Source of the DNA: a virus | Reading direction: 5' to 3' (one strand) | Length of the DNA: 64,000 nucleotides | IMG/VR virus record: IMGVR_UViG_3300042399_002267 | In this document: positions 1 through 9,671 of the stretch, in pieces | How the letters are laid out: every line of letters starts with the position of its first letter | How positions within the stretch are numbered: position 1 is the first letter of the stretch | Program-made: the position numbers and the translations under genes | Notes under the pieces: generated by a model | Seen by the model: only the letters and a program-made list of their open reading frames with translations | Told to the model about the DNA's origin: nothing | Databases searched by the model: none

Positions 1-1
1 T

Positions 2-814
2 TTGATCAAATTCCATTAAACCATATCTGGCTTGTGGATGACCCATAGAAATCAATCTGTACAGTTCATAAAGTGCAATAGCTGAGACTAAGAATGATTT
101 TCCACTACGTCTTCCAAGTACCAGTACAAGTTCTTGAAATTTGTATCTATTTGTACATTTCTCGTATATTTGATGTCTTAGTTTGGAATCTATTTCATCA
201 GAAAACAAAAGATCTTTTTCTGATTGAAAACCATCAATAACAGGTCTATCTGATAATTTATCTACAAGTCTGATTGCATCAAAGTTTGTAGCTTCTTCTT
301 TTGCATCTTCATATCTTTTTATTCTGACATCATCATCTAAATTAACGCATTCAAGACATGGAGAGTTATCAACTGTAAAAAGTGGTTTTACTATTTTACC
401 AAGTTTCTTTTTTCTTAAAGTATCTTCCTCATTGTCCTTGATATGTTTCCAAACGCACCCTTCGCATCCATTTCTTTCTTCTAAAGGAACATCTTGAATT
501 TCTAAATTTTCATTTCCTTCTTGCCCCATATAAAAACACTTGAGAATCAATCTTTGCCAAGGATGTGGCTTCAGATTACAAAAATAAGGGTGTTCTATAA
601 ATGTTATGATGTCTACGATTTGATCAGGGTTAAATCTTGTCTTCTCTGGTTTTTTTGGAGGGGATATATCAGTTCTGGCACTTGGCAAAATGATATCGTC
701 AAACTCAGATGCATAGCCAGTGTCTTTGAAGAATTGAGAAACTTCATTAGCTTGCTGCATAAGTTGACTTTTGAGGTCATGTTGCGCTAATTTCTGCGGA
801 TTTGGTTTTCTCAT
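2..814 (-). CDS. terL: Terminase large subunit, N-terminal part (runs off the left edge)
   Basis: Manual translation of the minus strand from ATG at 814 (TAATG overlap with the upstream stop) is in frame to the edge and reads ...KFQELVLVLGRRSGKSFLVSAIALYELYRLISMGHPQARYGL. This is a TerL-type Walker A context. Absent from the ORF track because the stop lies outside the window. Confidence 0.85.
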   Translation of the reverse strand, partial: MRKPNPQKLAQHDLKSQLMQQANEVSQFFKDTGYASEFDDIILPSARTDISPPKKPEKTRFNPDQIVDIITFIEHPYFCNLKPHPWQRLILKCFYMGQEGNENLEIQDVPLEERNGCEGCVWKHIKDNEEDTLRKKKLGKIVKPLFTVDNSPCLECVNLDDDVRIKRYEDAKEEATNFDAIRLVDKLSDRPVIDGFQSEKDLLFSDEIDSKLRHQIYEKCTNRYKFQELVLVLGRRSGKSFLVSAIALYELYRLISMGHPQARYGLMEFDQ

Positions 815-1533
815 TAGTTGTCAGATTGAATTTTGCTCTTCAGGGTTTGTATTTCTTCCCTAATAATTCTTTTATCAGTTTCAGAATCCATTTTTTCATG
901 GAGTTTGACAAGTACATCAAAAATATTTATAGCATAGATACCTTGATTATCTCTTGCTTCTTTTAGATATAAAATTTTTGTAATTAGTTTTTCAACCATT
1001 GCTGCTCTTTTGAGCTTCATATCATTATTTTTGGAACAATCCATTCCACGAACATCGTCAAGCTCCACAAGTAAAGCTGTAAGTGCTAATTGATGTTCTC
1101 TAAAAATCCAAGGAGCAATTAATTCTTCTCTTTGCTCATAATTCTTCAGACCTGAAGTTGCAATTTTCTTAAAATCACAATGCTGGTCCATGTGTGTGTT
1201 AACTTGAACCCAGTTAAGTTTTGCATCAAAATACTTGTGGAAAAAATTGATTACTGATTGTGGCTTTTTACCACTTTCAAGATATACATGTTCAGCTAAG
1301 TCTCTAAAAGCTGAAGTACAAAGTGAACATCTTGGTTCAATAAACTGAGGATATTGAATATCACTCATATTGTCAGGAGGAAGAGGAGATAAGGGTCTAT
1401 CTCCTTCTTTCAAATCCTTGAACATTCTAGAAGGTTTATCTATTGTTTTATCTACAGCAGGAATGATAGCATCAACAATCTCTTCTTTATTATTATCTTG
1501 CATAATGGCTTTATACAAAGCAGAACAAGCCAC
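814..1533 (-). CDS. Putative terminase small subunit (CxxC...H-x3-H zinc/HTH-like N-terminal domain plus helical C-terminus)
   Basis: Directly upstream of and translationally coupled (TAATG) to terL; contains RCSLC...NTHMDQHC. Function is inferred from position. Confidence 0.5.
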   Translation of the reverse strand: MACSALYKAIMQDNNKEEIVDAIIPAVDKTIDKPSRMFKDLKEGDRPLSPLPPDNMSDIQYPQFIEPRCSLCTSAFRDLAEHVYLESGKKPQSVINFFHKYFDAKLNWVQVNTHMDQHCDFKKIATSGLKNYEQREELIAPWIFREHQLALTALLVELDDVRGMDCSKNNDMKLKRAAMVEKLITKILYLKEARDNQGIYAINIFDVLVKLHEKMDSETDKRIIREEIQTLKSKIQSDN

Positions 1534-1568
1534 TACTAGAGCGGCTTGTGCATTTTTTAGGATGAATA

Positions 1569-2282
1569 CTAATCAGATAGCGCTCTTTTAAGTCTCAAAT
1601 ATGGAGAGACTTGATCAGCAGCAGAAACTATATACTCATCTGCGATGCCGAAATCTGCATAATTTCCTTTTGTAAATTTTTCACTTGTTGATGTTCCATT
1701 TGATAAATCTACTTCTGCTGAACCTTTTCTCATGCTTACAACATATTTATTTGAAGATGCAGTTTTAATTTCTGCACTTTCTTTTTGAGCAATTAACACT
1801 GAATTTAACAATGCTTCTTCTACCCAAGGTTTTAATGCTACATGCAAATGTCCCTTGCCTTGATCAGAAGATTTAGCAATTTCAGCAACTCTTTGCCAAA
1901 ATCCTAAACCACGCTCATCAGCTTTTACGATTGAATATGTACCTGAACAAAGTCTTTTTACAAATTCTCTTGCACTGTATTTTTCAAGTGATTTTTCAAT
2001 TACCGGAATACAATCTGCATATTTTGTTGGAACTATAGCGACACTAATAACTTCTTTTTGAGCAGATGTAGGCTCATTAAATAAATTAGAAGCAACTCTG
2101 TCTGCTAATTCTAAATCGAAATTGTCTGCAGCTAATAACTCTACAACTTCTGATTTGGAAAATCCTTGGCTAGCATATTTTTCAGCTTGGGAACTGGCTA
2201 CAACAAATGCGCCATCACTAAGTGTACGCAACTCATTGCGCCAATTATAAATCATGTCATCGGATATGTTTTTTTCAACCAC
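1569..2282 (-). CDS. Hypothetical protein with a C-terminal SWIM-like module lacking zinc ligands
   Basis: Start moved from 2447 to GTG at 2282 because AAGGGGAG lies 7-8 nt upstream. The C-terminus KYVV...AEVDLSNGTSTSEKF...GIADEYIVSAA follows the SWIM pattern. Confidence 0.6.
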   Translation of the reverse strand: MVEKNISDDMIYNWRNELRTLSDGAFVVASSQAEKYASQGFSKSEVVELLAADNFDLELADRVASNLFNEPTSAQKEVISVAIVPTKYADCIPVIEKSLEKYSAREFVKRLCSGTYSIVKADERGLGFWQRVAEIAKSSDQGKGHLHVALKPWVEEALLNSVLIAQKESAEIKTASSNKYVVSMRKGSAEVDLSNGTSTSEKFTKGNYADFGIADEYIVSAADQVSPYLRLKRALSD

Positions 2283-2390
2283 AGTGACTTCTCCCCTTTT
2301 AAATAAAAATAACCCTAGACAAGAATGTTGTATGTCAAGGGTTTTTGTGGAACATATCAATATAATACAAAGAATTATAAAATATATTCC

Positions 2391-2418
2391 ATAGGTAATT
2401 ATAGTTAGATTGTAAAAT
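2391..2418 (+). promoter_or_regulatory. Putative SigH-like promoter (RNAGG-N16-GTAAAAT)
   Basis: ATAGG TAATTATAGTTAGATT GTAAAAT; the same spacing recurs upstream of four other plus-strand genes. Confidence 0.4.
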
Positions 2419-2430
2419 AATATCAGTATT

Positions 2431-5244
2431 ATGTGGAATTTTAGCATTCATAAAAAAACTGTAAAGGCAATGGAAGCCTTTGATGTCTTAAGTAGTGAGG
2501 GTATCGATTGGACTGGTTCATTCCAGGATACATTTAAAAAATACAATTTTAACTCTCATGATAAAATGCCTACCGTTTATGACCTAATAAATTTTATTAA
2601 GTATGCTAAAAATACAAGAATCTTGGATATTTATTCAAGAGATAAAAATAAAGGTTCTGATCTTAGATGGTTTTGCAAACAATTAATTACGTTTGTAGTT
2701 GATCAGCTTAGGCACACTGGATCTCCAAACGCAGACACACTTATCATTACTAATTTCTTAGCTCAATGTGCAAAAAATTATGAAACTGATAATCCTTATA
2801 ATAAAATCGAAATTGGCACACCAGTTTCAAGTGAAAAAGCAATGACAATGTCAATGAAAAATTTAATTTCAATGAGATACGAAACATTGAATTTATTAAC
2901 TGCAAATAATATTAACATTGAAAATAGTTGCATGATGTACATCATGAGAGGTGACGATGTCAAAAATCATGGTGTTAATGCAGATGATTATGCTAGAAAT
3001 CAGATAATAGAACGTGCAATTGATAAATATCCTAAACTTGGATATTTTAAATCTTTAGACAGTGTTTTATTTTATTTGAAAAGTGACATAGCCACAAAAG
3101 ATAATTTGTTAGAAATTTCTGATTATCTTAAATCATTTTCTCTTTCTGGTTTGAAATTTACAGATTTATTTTCTTTTGTAGATGGATTGACAGGATCTAG
3201 TTTAGATGGAAAATCTATTAAAGATATTATTTATAATGTCCAGACTGATGATCAATTAGAAATATATCTTTATCTAAGAAACAAAGTGGTTAAAAATAAT
3301 AATGATTATGAAATAACCAAATCTCTTTTAGAGATTGTTTATAAATTTTTATCTTCATTTTACTTAACTAAATCTAATATCGAAAAATTATTAAAAGATG
3401 ATATGTTTGTTGAATATTGTCAAAATCAAGGCGAAAATATAAAAGATCTATGGTTGTATAAGGGTTTTTCAACAGTTGAAGTAATGCAAAACTACTTAAC
3501 AAAAAATCCTGAAAAAATTAAGAATTTCTCAGAAGATGCATTGGCAAGATTAAACGCTACATCACTCCAAAATATTAATCAATCAGCAATTGAAGCTCAA
3601 CAATCAATTTTAAAAGATGGACTGTCTTTATTACAAAATGCTATAGACACAAATGTAATTAAGAAACTAGATCCTTTTGTAAGAGATTTTAATCGTGATT
3701 ACTCATCAGAATATAAAAAGCCTGAAAAACCTTCAAATGCATCTCCAGAAGAAATGAAAGAATATGAATTGCAGGTTTCTGCAGCAAAAATCTTTACAGA
3801 ATGGCAAATTAGTTATTTAGACAGAATGGAGCAAGAAAGATTATTTACATCTATTTCTAAAGAAGATTTGGAAAAATATGCATCTAATATGATAATTCTA
3901 GAATTTGATGCAAATCAATTAAAAGTTTTTTTAGAATCAAAAAATATTACCAAATTTCAAATTCAAGGTGTAGATTTTGTAAGTGGATTATGGAGAGGTT
4001 TATTTGTACCAAGGTTTCCTACACCTTCAGGACAACCTGTTCCAGCAATTGTAATTAGAACTGATGCATATGACTCTTTAGAACATCATAAACAGCTATC
4101 AGAAAATTTAGGATTTGAAGCTTTTAGGTTTACAGAATCTACTAGAAGACATGAAATTGCACATGCATTACAATATCTTGCTGTTGGTGATGTTATGCTA
4201 ATGGAACCGCAAGAATTAAATCCAGAGCTTACTGAAGGTGAAGCTTATATTATGGATCCGGCAGAATTGTATGCAAGAGTACATGGAGATATTCCTTATT
4301 TATATAATTTATTTGATTCTAGAATTAGAAATCTAACTGTTTCTAAAAAAATATATGAAGCTGCTAAAGAACAATGGATTCACGACATTGTTAATGAAAA
4401 AATACACTTAATGTCTGGTGGTACTAATCTAAGAAGATTAATGATGCAAGATGAAACACCAGAATTTAGAAAAGAAAATTTTGGTAAATTAAAAAAATCT
4501 GATGGAACAGAAATTGAACTACCAGACCCTCTTGAGGCTATATCAAAAATTCTTGCAAGGCAAAGAATAAAACTTGAAATGATTTTTCATGATTTATTTA
4601 CAGTTGCTGATAAAAGAGAAAAAAGAAAAGGTTTGATTAGCAAAAAGAATAGACTTAAAAAACAATTAGAAAGTCTTCCTGAATACGAATATTTAAAAAG
4701 AATTAATCTCGAGAAGGAACTTTATGAAGCAGAAACTGATTTGATAAAAGTTGGTCAAGAACTTATTGTTGATGTTGAAAATGTATCTACTTCTGTTTTA
4801 AAAGGTTATTTGAAAGATTATTTTACAAAAATAAGCAATGCTGTAGCTGAAGGTTTATTAGGACCCGATGTCCTGAATGTAGATGATCCTGATAGACCTA
4901 AATCTTCAGAAAAACCATCCGTCGAACCTGAATTGCCTACAGCTTCCGATATTTCTGATATTACTGAATTTATGATTGGACAATCTAAACCAATTCCTGG
5001 TGGAAGAAAAATTGATGAAATTATTCCATCATTCATGGGCAAGGCTTTACCAGCTGATTCTTGGACTTGGGAAAAGGGGACGGATCCAAATAGTCCAGAA
5101 AACAGAAAAAGACCTAAGGGAAATTTTCCAGGAATAGAGCCTGTAAAGCCAATGCCTCAATCTAAAATAACTATTGATGCAGATGATCCATTCAAGACAG
5201 ATAAAACTGCGTCAGTCTATAATCATAACAGATCAAAAAGATAA
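2431..5244 (+). CDS. Large 937-aa protein with a zincin (HExxH) metallopeptidase-like domain; possible virion protein
   Basis: RRHEIAHALQY followed about 30 aa later by YIMDPAELYAR (third-ligand region typical of zincins). Isolated plus-strand gene. Confidence 0.6.
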   Translation: MWNFSIHKKTVKAMEAFDVLSSEGIDWTGSFQDTFKKYNFNSHDKMPTVYDLINFIKYAKNTRILDIYSRDKNKGSDLRWFCKQLITFVVDQLRHTGSPNADTLIITNFLAQCAKNYETDNPYNKIEIGTPVSSEKAMTMSMKNLISMRYETLNLLTANNINIENSCMMYIMRGDDVKNHGVNADDYARNQIIERAIDKYPKLGYFKSLDSVLFYLKSDIATKDNLLEISDYLKSFSLSGLKFTDLFSFVDGLTGSSLDGKSIKDIIYNVQTDDQLEIYLYLRNKVVKNNNDYEITKSLLEIVYKFLSSFYLTKSNIEKLLKDDMFVEYCQNQGENIKDLWLYKGFSTVEVMQNYLTKNPEKIKNFSEDALARLNATSLQNINQSAIEAQQSILKDGLSLLQNAIDTNVIKKLDPFVRDFNRDYSSEYKKPEKPSNASPEEMKEYELQVSAAKIFTEWQISYLDRMEQERLFTSISKEDLEKYASNMIILEFDANQLKVFLESKNITKFQIQGVDFVSGLWRGLFVPRFPTPSGQPVPAIVIRTDAYDSLEHHKQLSENLGFEAFRFTESTRRHEIAHALQYLAVGDVMLMEPQELNPELTEGEAYIMDPAELYARVHGDIPYLYNLFDSRIRNLTVSKKIYEAAKEQWIHDIVNEKIHLMSGGTNLRRLMMQDETPEFRKENFGKLKKSDGTEIELPDPLEAISKILARQRIKLEMIFHDLFTVADKREKRKGLISKKNRLKKQLESLPEYEYLKRINLEKELYEAETDLIKVGQELIVDVENVSTSVLKGYLKDYFTKISNAVAEGLLGPDVLNVDDPDRPKSSEKPSVEPELPTASDISDITEFMIGQSKPIPGGRKIDEIIPSFMGKALPADSWTWEKGTDPNSPENRKRPKGNFPGIEPVKPMPQSKITIDADDPFKTDKTASVYNHNRSKR

Positions 5245-5814
5245 AAAATCTTCTCCCAAGATAACTTTGATATTTCCCAAGGCTCTCTGCAATCTTTTAG
5301 AGAAAGAACTTTGGGAAATATTTAGCTTTAACGATGCTTCTTCTTGATCTAAACCTTCAAAAAAATAAAGCTCAATTGCTTCTTTTTGTTTTTCATTTAA
5401 CTTATTGATTGCAGAATGTAGTGAAATAACAGTTTCAATCCTGTTGAATGGATCAGTGGAATGTTCTTCAACAACTACATCGCTTTCATAGTCAGCATGA
5501 TCTAAATATTTATCGACACAAGATCTATATAAGTTGATATCTATTCTTGTTGATAAAAAATATGAGAAATAAGTAAGATTTGGATTGTACTGATCAACTA
5601 TTTTTTTAAGAACTAATAAAGATTCTTGAAGCATATCTTCTCGATATGGTGACAATTTCAATTCTTTTTGAATACATCTTTGTATTGCACAAATAAATAA
5701 TGGCTTGTAGAAATCATATAATTCTCCTAAAGCAGAGCCATCATTGTCTTTTACTTTTGAAATAAGTTCATTTATATATTCGTAGCGATCTTCATACACA
5801 AAAATTTTATACAC
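5233..5814 (-). CDS. Sigma-70 family (ECF-like, regions 2 and 4) RNA polymerase sigma factor
   Basis: Region 2 REDMLQESLLVL...YNPNLTYFSYFLSTRI; region 4 HTH LNEKQKEAIELYFFEGLDQEEASLKLNISQSSFSKRLQRA. Confidence 0.85.
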   Translation of the reverse strand: MYKIFVYEDRYEYINELISKVKDNDGSALGELYDFYKPLFICAIQRCIQKELKLSPYREDMLQESLLVLKKIVDQYNPNLTYFSYFLSTRIDINLYRSCVDKYLDHADYESDVVVEEHSTDPFNRIETVISLHSAINKLNEKQKEAIELYFFEGLDQEEASLKLNISQSSFSKRLQRALGNIKVILGEDFLSF

Positions 5815-6811
5815 TAAGGATTTTATTAATCATCAAGAATAATGAATGATTTTTAGAGCCACTATTTCTCAAATCCTTAATTGTATATACTACTTGCTCA
5901 ATCATGTATGCTATTTTAGCAACAGAAGGTGTTGTTTTACCCATCTGAATCTTTATTCGGATTGGATTCTGAGTTTTGATTATAAACTCACTAGGGACCC
6001 AATTTTCGCCCAAATATTTGCCTAATAAATCTTTACATTCTAAAATCTCTGCAACTTTATTAGCATCATAAATATTTTTTTCTTTACAGTCTGAAACTAC
6101 TAATAAAAAATATAGCTGTGAAAGCAAAATTAATAGCAAACCTTGTTCGCCAATTGCGCTGCATAGATTGTTGCATGTATCGTACACATCTTCATTTTTA
6201 TTAATCAAGTGATCAATAAATTCAAAAATATCAGTGTTGTTGTCAAAAAGAGAATTTTCAATGTCTTCAAGTTTTACTTCATTCTTAACAGATGCATGCT
6301 TTCTAAGTTCTTGAAATAATAAATCAAGATCGTAAACAATTTTCTCTTTCTTATTGCCAGCAGTTTTAGATTTTATTCTGTATGTTGGACAATTATTTAT
6401 TATCCATTCATAACATGGCTGATCTATTTTTATATCTAAACTTTTTACTTCTTTGTAGCAACATCTTTTGAGAGATTGAACATCGCCAAACATCGGAAAA
6501 GAATAATCAAATATTTTTCCAGATTTTTTTATTTTTGAAATAAAACTATTTCTACCATCAAAACTTTCATCATCGAAAAACAAATGGTATTGGTTGTTGT
6601 TCAGTTGTCCTATGATTTTTATTTGATCATTGCTTGGATTATCTACTAAAAATAGTTTGTCTGAATCGAAAAACTTAGAGTAATTCTTTATTTGAGATTC
6701 TAAATTGAAGACACTTACAATTGTATATCCAGGATGACTGCTAGACAACTGTTGTAATGCCATTGGCTTTGAACCAATAAAAATAGAACTCTCAGATAAT
6801 ACTACGCTCAT
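5807..6811 (-). CDS. holA: DNA polymerase III delta subunit-like clamp loader component
   Basis: Size 334 aa; DLLFQELRK...IENSLFDNNTDIFEFIDHLI pattern of the delta C-terminal domains; adjacent to dnaN and dnaX. Confidence 0.6.
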   Translation of the reverse strand: MSVVLSESSIFIGSKPMALQQLSSSHPGYTIVSVFNLESQIKNYSKFFDSDKLFLVDNPSNDQIKIIGQLNNNQYHLFFDDESFDGRNSFISKIKKSGKIFDYSFPMFGDVQSLKRCCYKEVKSLDIKIDQPCYEWIINNCPTYRIKSKTAGNKKEKIVYDLDLLFQELRKHASVKNEVKLEDIENSLFDNNTDIFEFIDHLINKNEDVYDTCNNLCSAIGEQGLLLILLSQLYFLLVVSDCKEKNIYDANKVAEILECKDLLGKYLGENWVPSEFIIKTQNPIRIKIQMGKTTPSVAKIAYMIEQVVYTIKDLRNSGSKNHSLFLMINKILSV

Positions 6812-6813
6812 AT

Positions 6814-7926
6814 CTACTCCATTGGGAACATTATATGATTGAAATTATCTGATTGCAAAATACATATTGTATATGAATTGAAATCATAAAATTTAGCACT
6901 TATATTTTCTTGATTTATGACTTCCAATATTTTCATAAAATGATTTGTAAGATAAGAAACATTCAAATCTTCTAATTCTTCATCAAAAGTAATCTTGTCT
7001 GCTGCACCACCAGAAATATCACCTGAACTTGTTAAGATAATTTCTTTATTTTTAGTTGATAAATTAAACAAGTGAGAACCTGAAATATTGTTTATGAACT
7101 TCAAAGATTTTAGAAATTCACTTTTAGATACATCTATTGTTGTGATATATTTTGAATCAAAAAATCTCTTGAATCCATTATGAACACTTTGGTATGAGTT
7201 TACTTCAAGATTGGTGCAAAAATAATTACCATTATTACGGATAATTAGTTTGTTTTTATGTATTGAAAATTTTGAATTACTGTCAACAAAGTTTAATGAC
7301 AACTCAGCTTGATTTTTACTTAGTAAGAAGGACTGTTCATTTTCATATTTTTTGCCATAAACAGAAATTCTGTGCTTATCTGAAGATTGAGCGTTGAACT
7401 TATTTTCAGAAATAAAGAACATTATAGATGAATATGGGTGCTCTTCAAAATCTGGAGCACATGAAAATGATGTAAACTTGATAGCATTATGAAAACTAGT
7501 TGAGTCATATTTTACGAAATCAATATTATCATTTATAAAAAATTCATTAGATATTTTATTTTCAAGGCTGTCTGCTTTTGATGTTTTTAACGATACTCTG
7601 GTTTTTTTGTTTCCAAAAACCAATTGATTGTCTGACTCAACGAATGCGAATTGAATTTCATCAGTTGGAAAGTTCGTAAATGCATTTGTAAAAATATTAC
7701 AATCTATAGCAAAATCAATAAAATCATCATCAAAATCACATAGGTAAGTATATGCTGCAGAAACACCAGTACTTAGGTATATGAACAACTTATTGTCATG
7801 TGCATGAAAAATAAGACTATCGCCATTGATACTCTTATTTTCACGAGTTGATAATTTCAGTTTATCAATTTTATTGAATAACTGAAACTTCTCTAAGTGC
7901 TCAGACTTTTTAAGTTTAAATTTCAA
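6814..7926 (-). CDS. dnaN: DNA polymerase III beta sliding clamp
   Basis: 370 aa; beta-clamp-like motifs (FTSFSCAPD...SIMF...AQSSDKHRIS; LNVSYLTNHFMKILEVI; C-terminal HIMFPM). Confidence 0.8.
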   Translation of the reverse strand: MKFKLKKSEHLEKFQLFNKIDKLKLSTRENKSINGDSLIFHAHDNKLFIYLSTGVSAAYTYLCDFDDDFIDFAIDCNIFTNAFTNFPTDEIQFAFVESDNQLVFGNKKTRVSLKTSKADSLENKISNEFFINDNIDFVKYDSTSFHNAIKFTSFSCAPDFEEHPYSSIMFFISENKFNAQSSDKHRISVYGKKYENEQSFLLSKNQAELSLNFVDSNSKFSIHKNKLIIRNNGNYFCTNLEVNSYQSVHNGFKRFFDSKYITTIDVSKSEFLKSLKFINNISGSHLFNLSTKNKEIILTSSGDISGGAADKITFDEELEDLNVSYLTNHFMKILEVINQENISAKFYDFNSYTICILQSDNFNHIMFPME

Positions 7927-8924
7927 TGTAACTGCCCCTGGAATTCAATTTCAATACCTGGATTATATTTCGTAATCTGATTCATAAGACAAAGCATAAA
8001 TGAACCTTCATCATCAACAAAATGTAATTTACCATCTTGATACCAGTCCCAGCCATTTTCAATCTGAGCTAAAACATCCATTTTGTTTACAATTAATTTA
8101 GTGATTCCATTCATTTGGCAAGCAGTATTTACTTCATCAACATTTAGCCAATCTATTTGTCTTGGTCTACCAGTAGTGGCTCCATATTCTTGACCAACCT
8201 CACGCAGTTTTTCAAATCGCTCGTCGTGTTTTTGGTATCCTTTAGCTCCAACATAGGTAGAATAACATTTGATAACCCCGACAACATTCCGAACTTGCTT
8301 AAAATTGAAACCATTATTTAATACTGCTCCTACTCCTGTATTTGACGATGTGACATAAGGATAATCGCCAAAGTCAACATCAAGCCAATAACCTTGAGCT
8401 CCTTCAGCTAAAAATTTCTTTGGGGAAGAATAAATCAAACTGTGCATATCAACAAGATATGGTTCTAATTCAGGAACATCTTTGGCACGAATTCCAGTAC
8501 GGGCATACTTGTCTCTGTAACAAGGTCCGTTTCCAGTGCGAGTTGTTCCAATTTTTGTGTCTTTGGAATCTTCGTCAATGTGTTCTTGGGTAATTATATG
8601 TGCGTTTTCTGCTATTTTAAGGATTGATGTGTCAAACCCAAATCCTTTAAGATACCCAAGTTCGTCAAATAATTTTTGCGTATTGATAACACAACCATTA
8701 CCGATGACACTAGGAATACCATGCAGAATACCACAAGGAACAAGATGCGTAACAATTTTCTCTCCATTGAGGTAAATTGTATGACCCGCATTTCCGCCTC
8801 CATTGAAACGGATAACGTAGTCATATTCACCAGATAAAGCCATTTGATTGGCTATTTTTCCTTTGCCTTCATCCCCATACTGCATACCGATAACTACATC
8901 AACAATTGAAGTTTCCATACGCAC
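7923..8924 (-). CDS. purA: Adenylosuccinate synthetase (compact 333-aa form)
   Basis: GMQYGDEGKGK, RFNGGGNAGHT, EGAQG, YPYVTSS, GATTGRPR and NKMD motifs. Confidence 0.93.
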   Translation of the reverse strand: MRMETSIVDVVIGMQYGDEGKGKIANQMALSGEYDYVIRFNGGGNAGHTIYLNGEKIVTHLVPCGILHGIPSVIGNGCVINTQKLFDELGYLKGFGFDTSILKIAENAHIITQEHIDEDSKDTKIGTTRTGNGPCYRDKYARTGIRAKDVPELEPYLVDMHSLIYSSPKKFLAEGAQGYWLDVDFGDYPYVTSSNTGVGAVLNNGFNFKQVRNVVGVIKCYSTYVGAKGYQKHDERFEKLREVGQEYGATTGRPRQIDWLNVDEVNTACQMNGITKLIVNKMDVLAQIENGWDWYQDGKLHFVDDEGSFMLCLMNQITKYNPGIEIEFQGQLH

Positions 8925-8962
8925 ATTCTACTTCATAGCAGAGATGTTAGCAAGAGTTGTAT

Positions 8963-9634
8963 TTATTTTTTGTTCAGTGAATCGTTCTCATCCTTTTTGT
9001 ATTGAGTGTACACTTCATTAGCTTTTTTACGAATTCTAGTAAGAGCATTATCAACACATTTGGGAGGAACATTTAATGAATTTGAAATTTCTTTGTAAGA
9101 TGAATTCATTCCATATTCATTGAAAATTTCAGCTTCTAAAGGAGTTAGTTTATCAATTAGTTTCTTGGAAGTTAAATCATATTCTTCTCTTCCAATAATA
9201 TCAAGAACTAAATCGCACTCAGGAGATTCATCATATGGATTTTTCTTTTCAGGAATAAAATCAGCCAAAGTTTGGAGATTTCCATCGTCACCTAAAATAA
9301 TAGGTGCATCTAAAGAAATAGAATCATTCAACACTGAATTTTTCATTCTTTTAGCACTTGCGATTGCTGTTGCTAAATGACGTTTACAGACTAGATTGAC
9401 ACAAAAGTTTTTAAAAGTTGTATCTTTGGTTGGATCATAGGAATTAACAGCTTTGTAAACTCCCAACCGCAATTCTTGCATTACGTCTTCTCTATCAGCA
9501 CCTACTATAAAGTAATGGTTGCAGATTTTTTTAAGATCAGGCTCAACCATTTTCAAGAGGTAATTAAAAGATTTACTTTCTCCTCTTTTAGCTTTTCTAA
9601 CGATGTCTACTATTCTTGGGTCTTCGGTTGCCAT
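8963..9634 (-). CDS. sigH: SigH-like RNA polymerase sigma factor
   Basis: YFIVGADREDVMQELRLGVYKAVNSYD...TFKNF...CKRHLATAIASAKRMKNSVLNDSISLDAPI and SYKEIS...KCVDNALTRIRKK closely follow the Bacillota sigma-H pattern. Confidence 0.85.
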   Translation of the reverse strand: MATEDPRIVDIVRKAKRGESKSFNYLLKMVEPDLKKICNHYFIVGADREDVMQELRLGVYKAVNSYDPTKDTTFKNFCVNLVCKRHLATAIASAKRMKNSVLNDSISLDAPIILGDDGNLQTLADFIPEKKNPYDESPECDLVLDIIGREEYDLTSKKLIDKLTPLEAEIFNEYGMNSSYKEISNSLNVPPKCVDNALTRIRKKANEVYTQYKKDENDSLNKK

Positions 9635-9671
9635 TTTTTTCCCGAAGGCACTTTACTTTTTACAATACTAT

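Noticed and set aside
521-790. Plus-strand 89-aa ORF and other short antisense ORFs in the track (e.g. 1370..1591, 8536..8775, 16887..17270, 32744..33148, 36807..37217)
   Set aside because: They lie opposite well-supported genes, lack RBS or motifs, and are shadow ORFs.
7923-8924. PurZ / 2-aminoadenine (Z-genome) pathway
   Set aside because: The protein keeps the PurA catalytic Asp (GDEGKGK), where PurZ has Ser, and the NKMD GTP motif. No dATPase (DatZ) or MazZ-like neighbour is visible.
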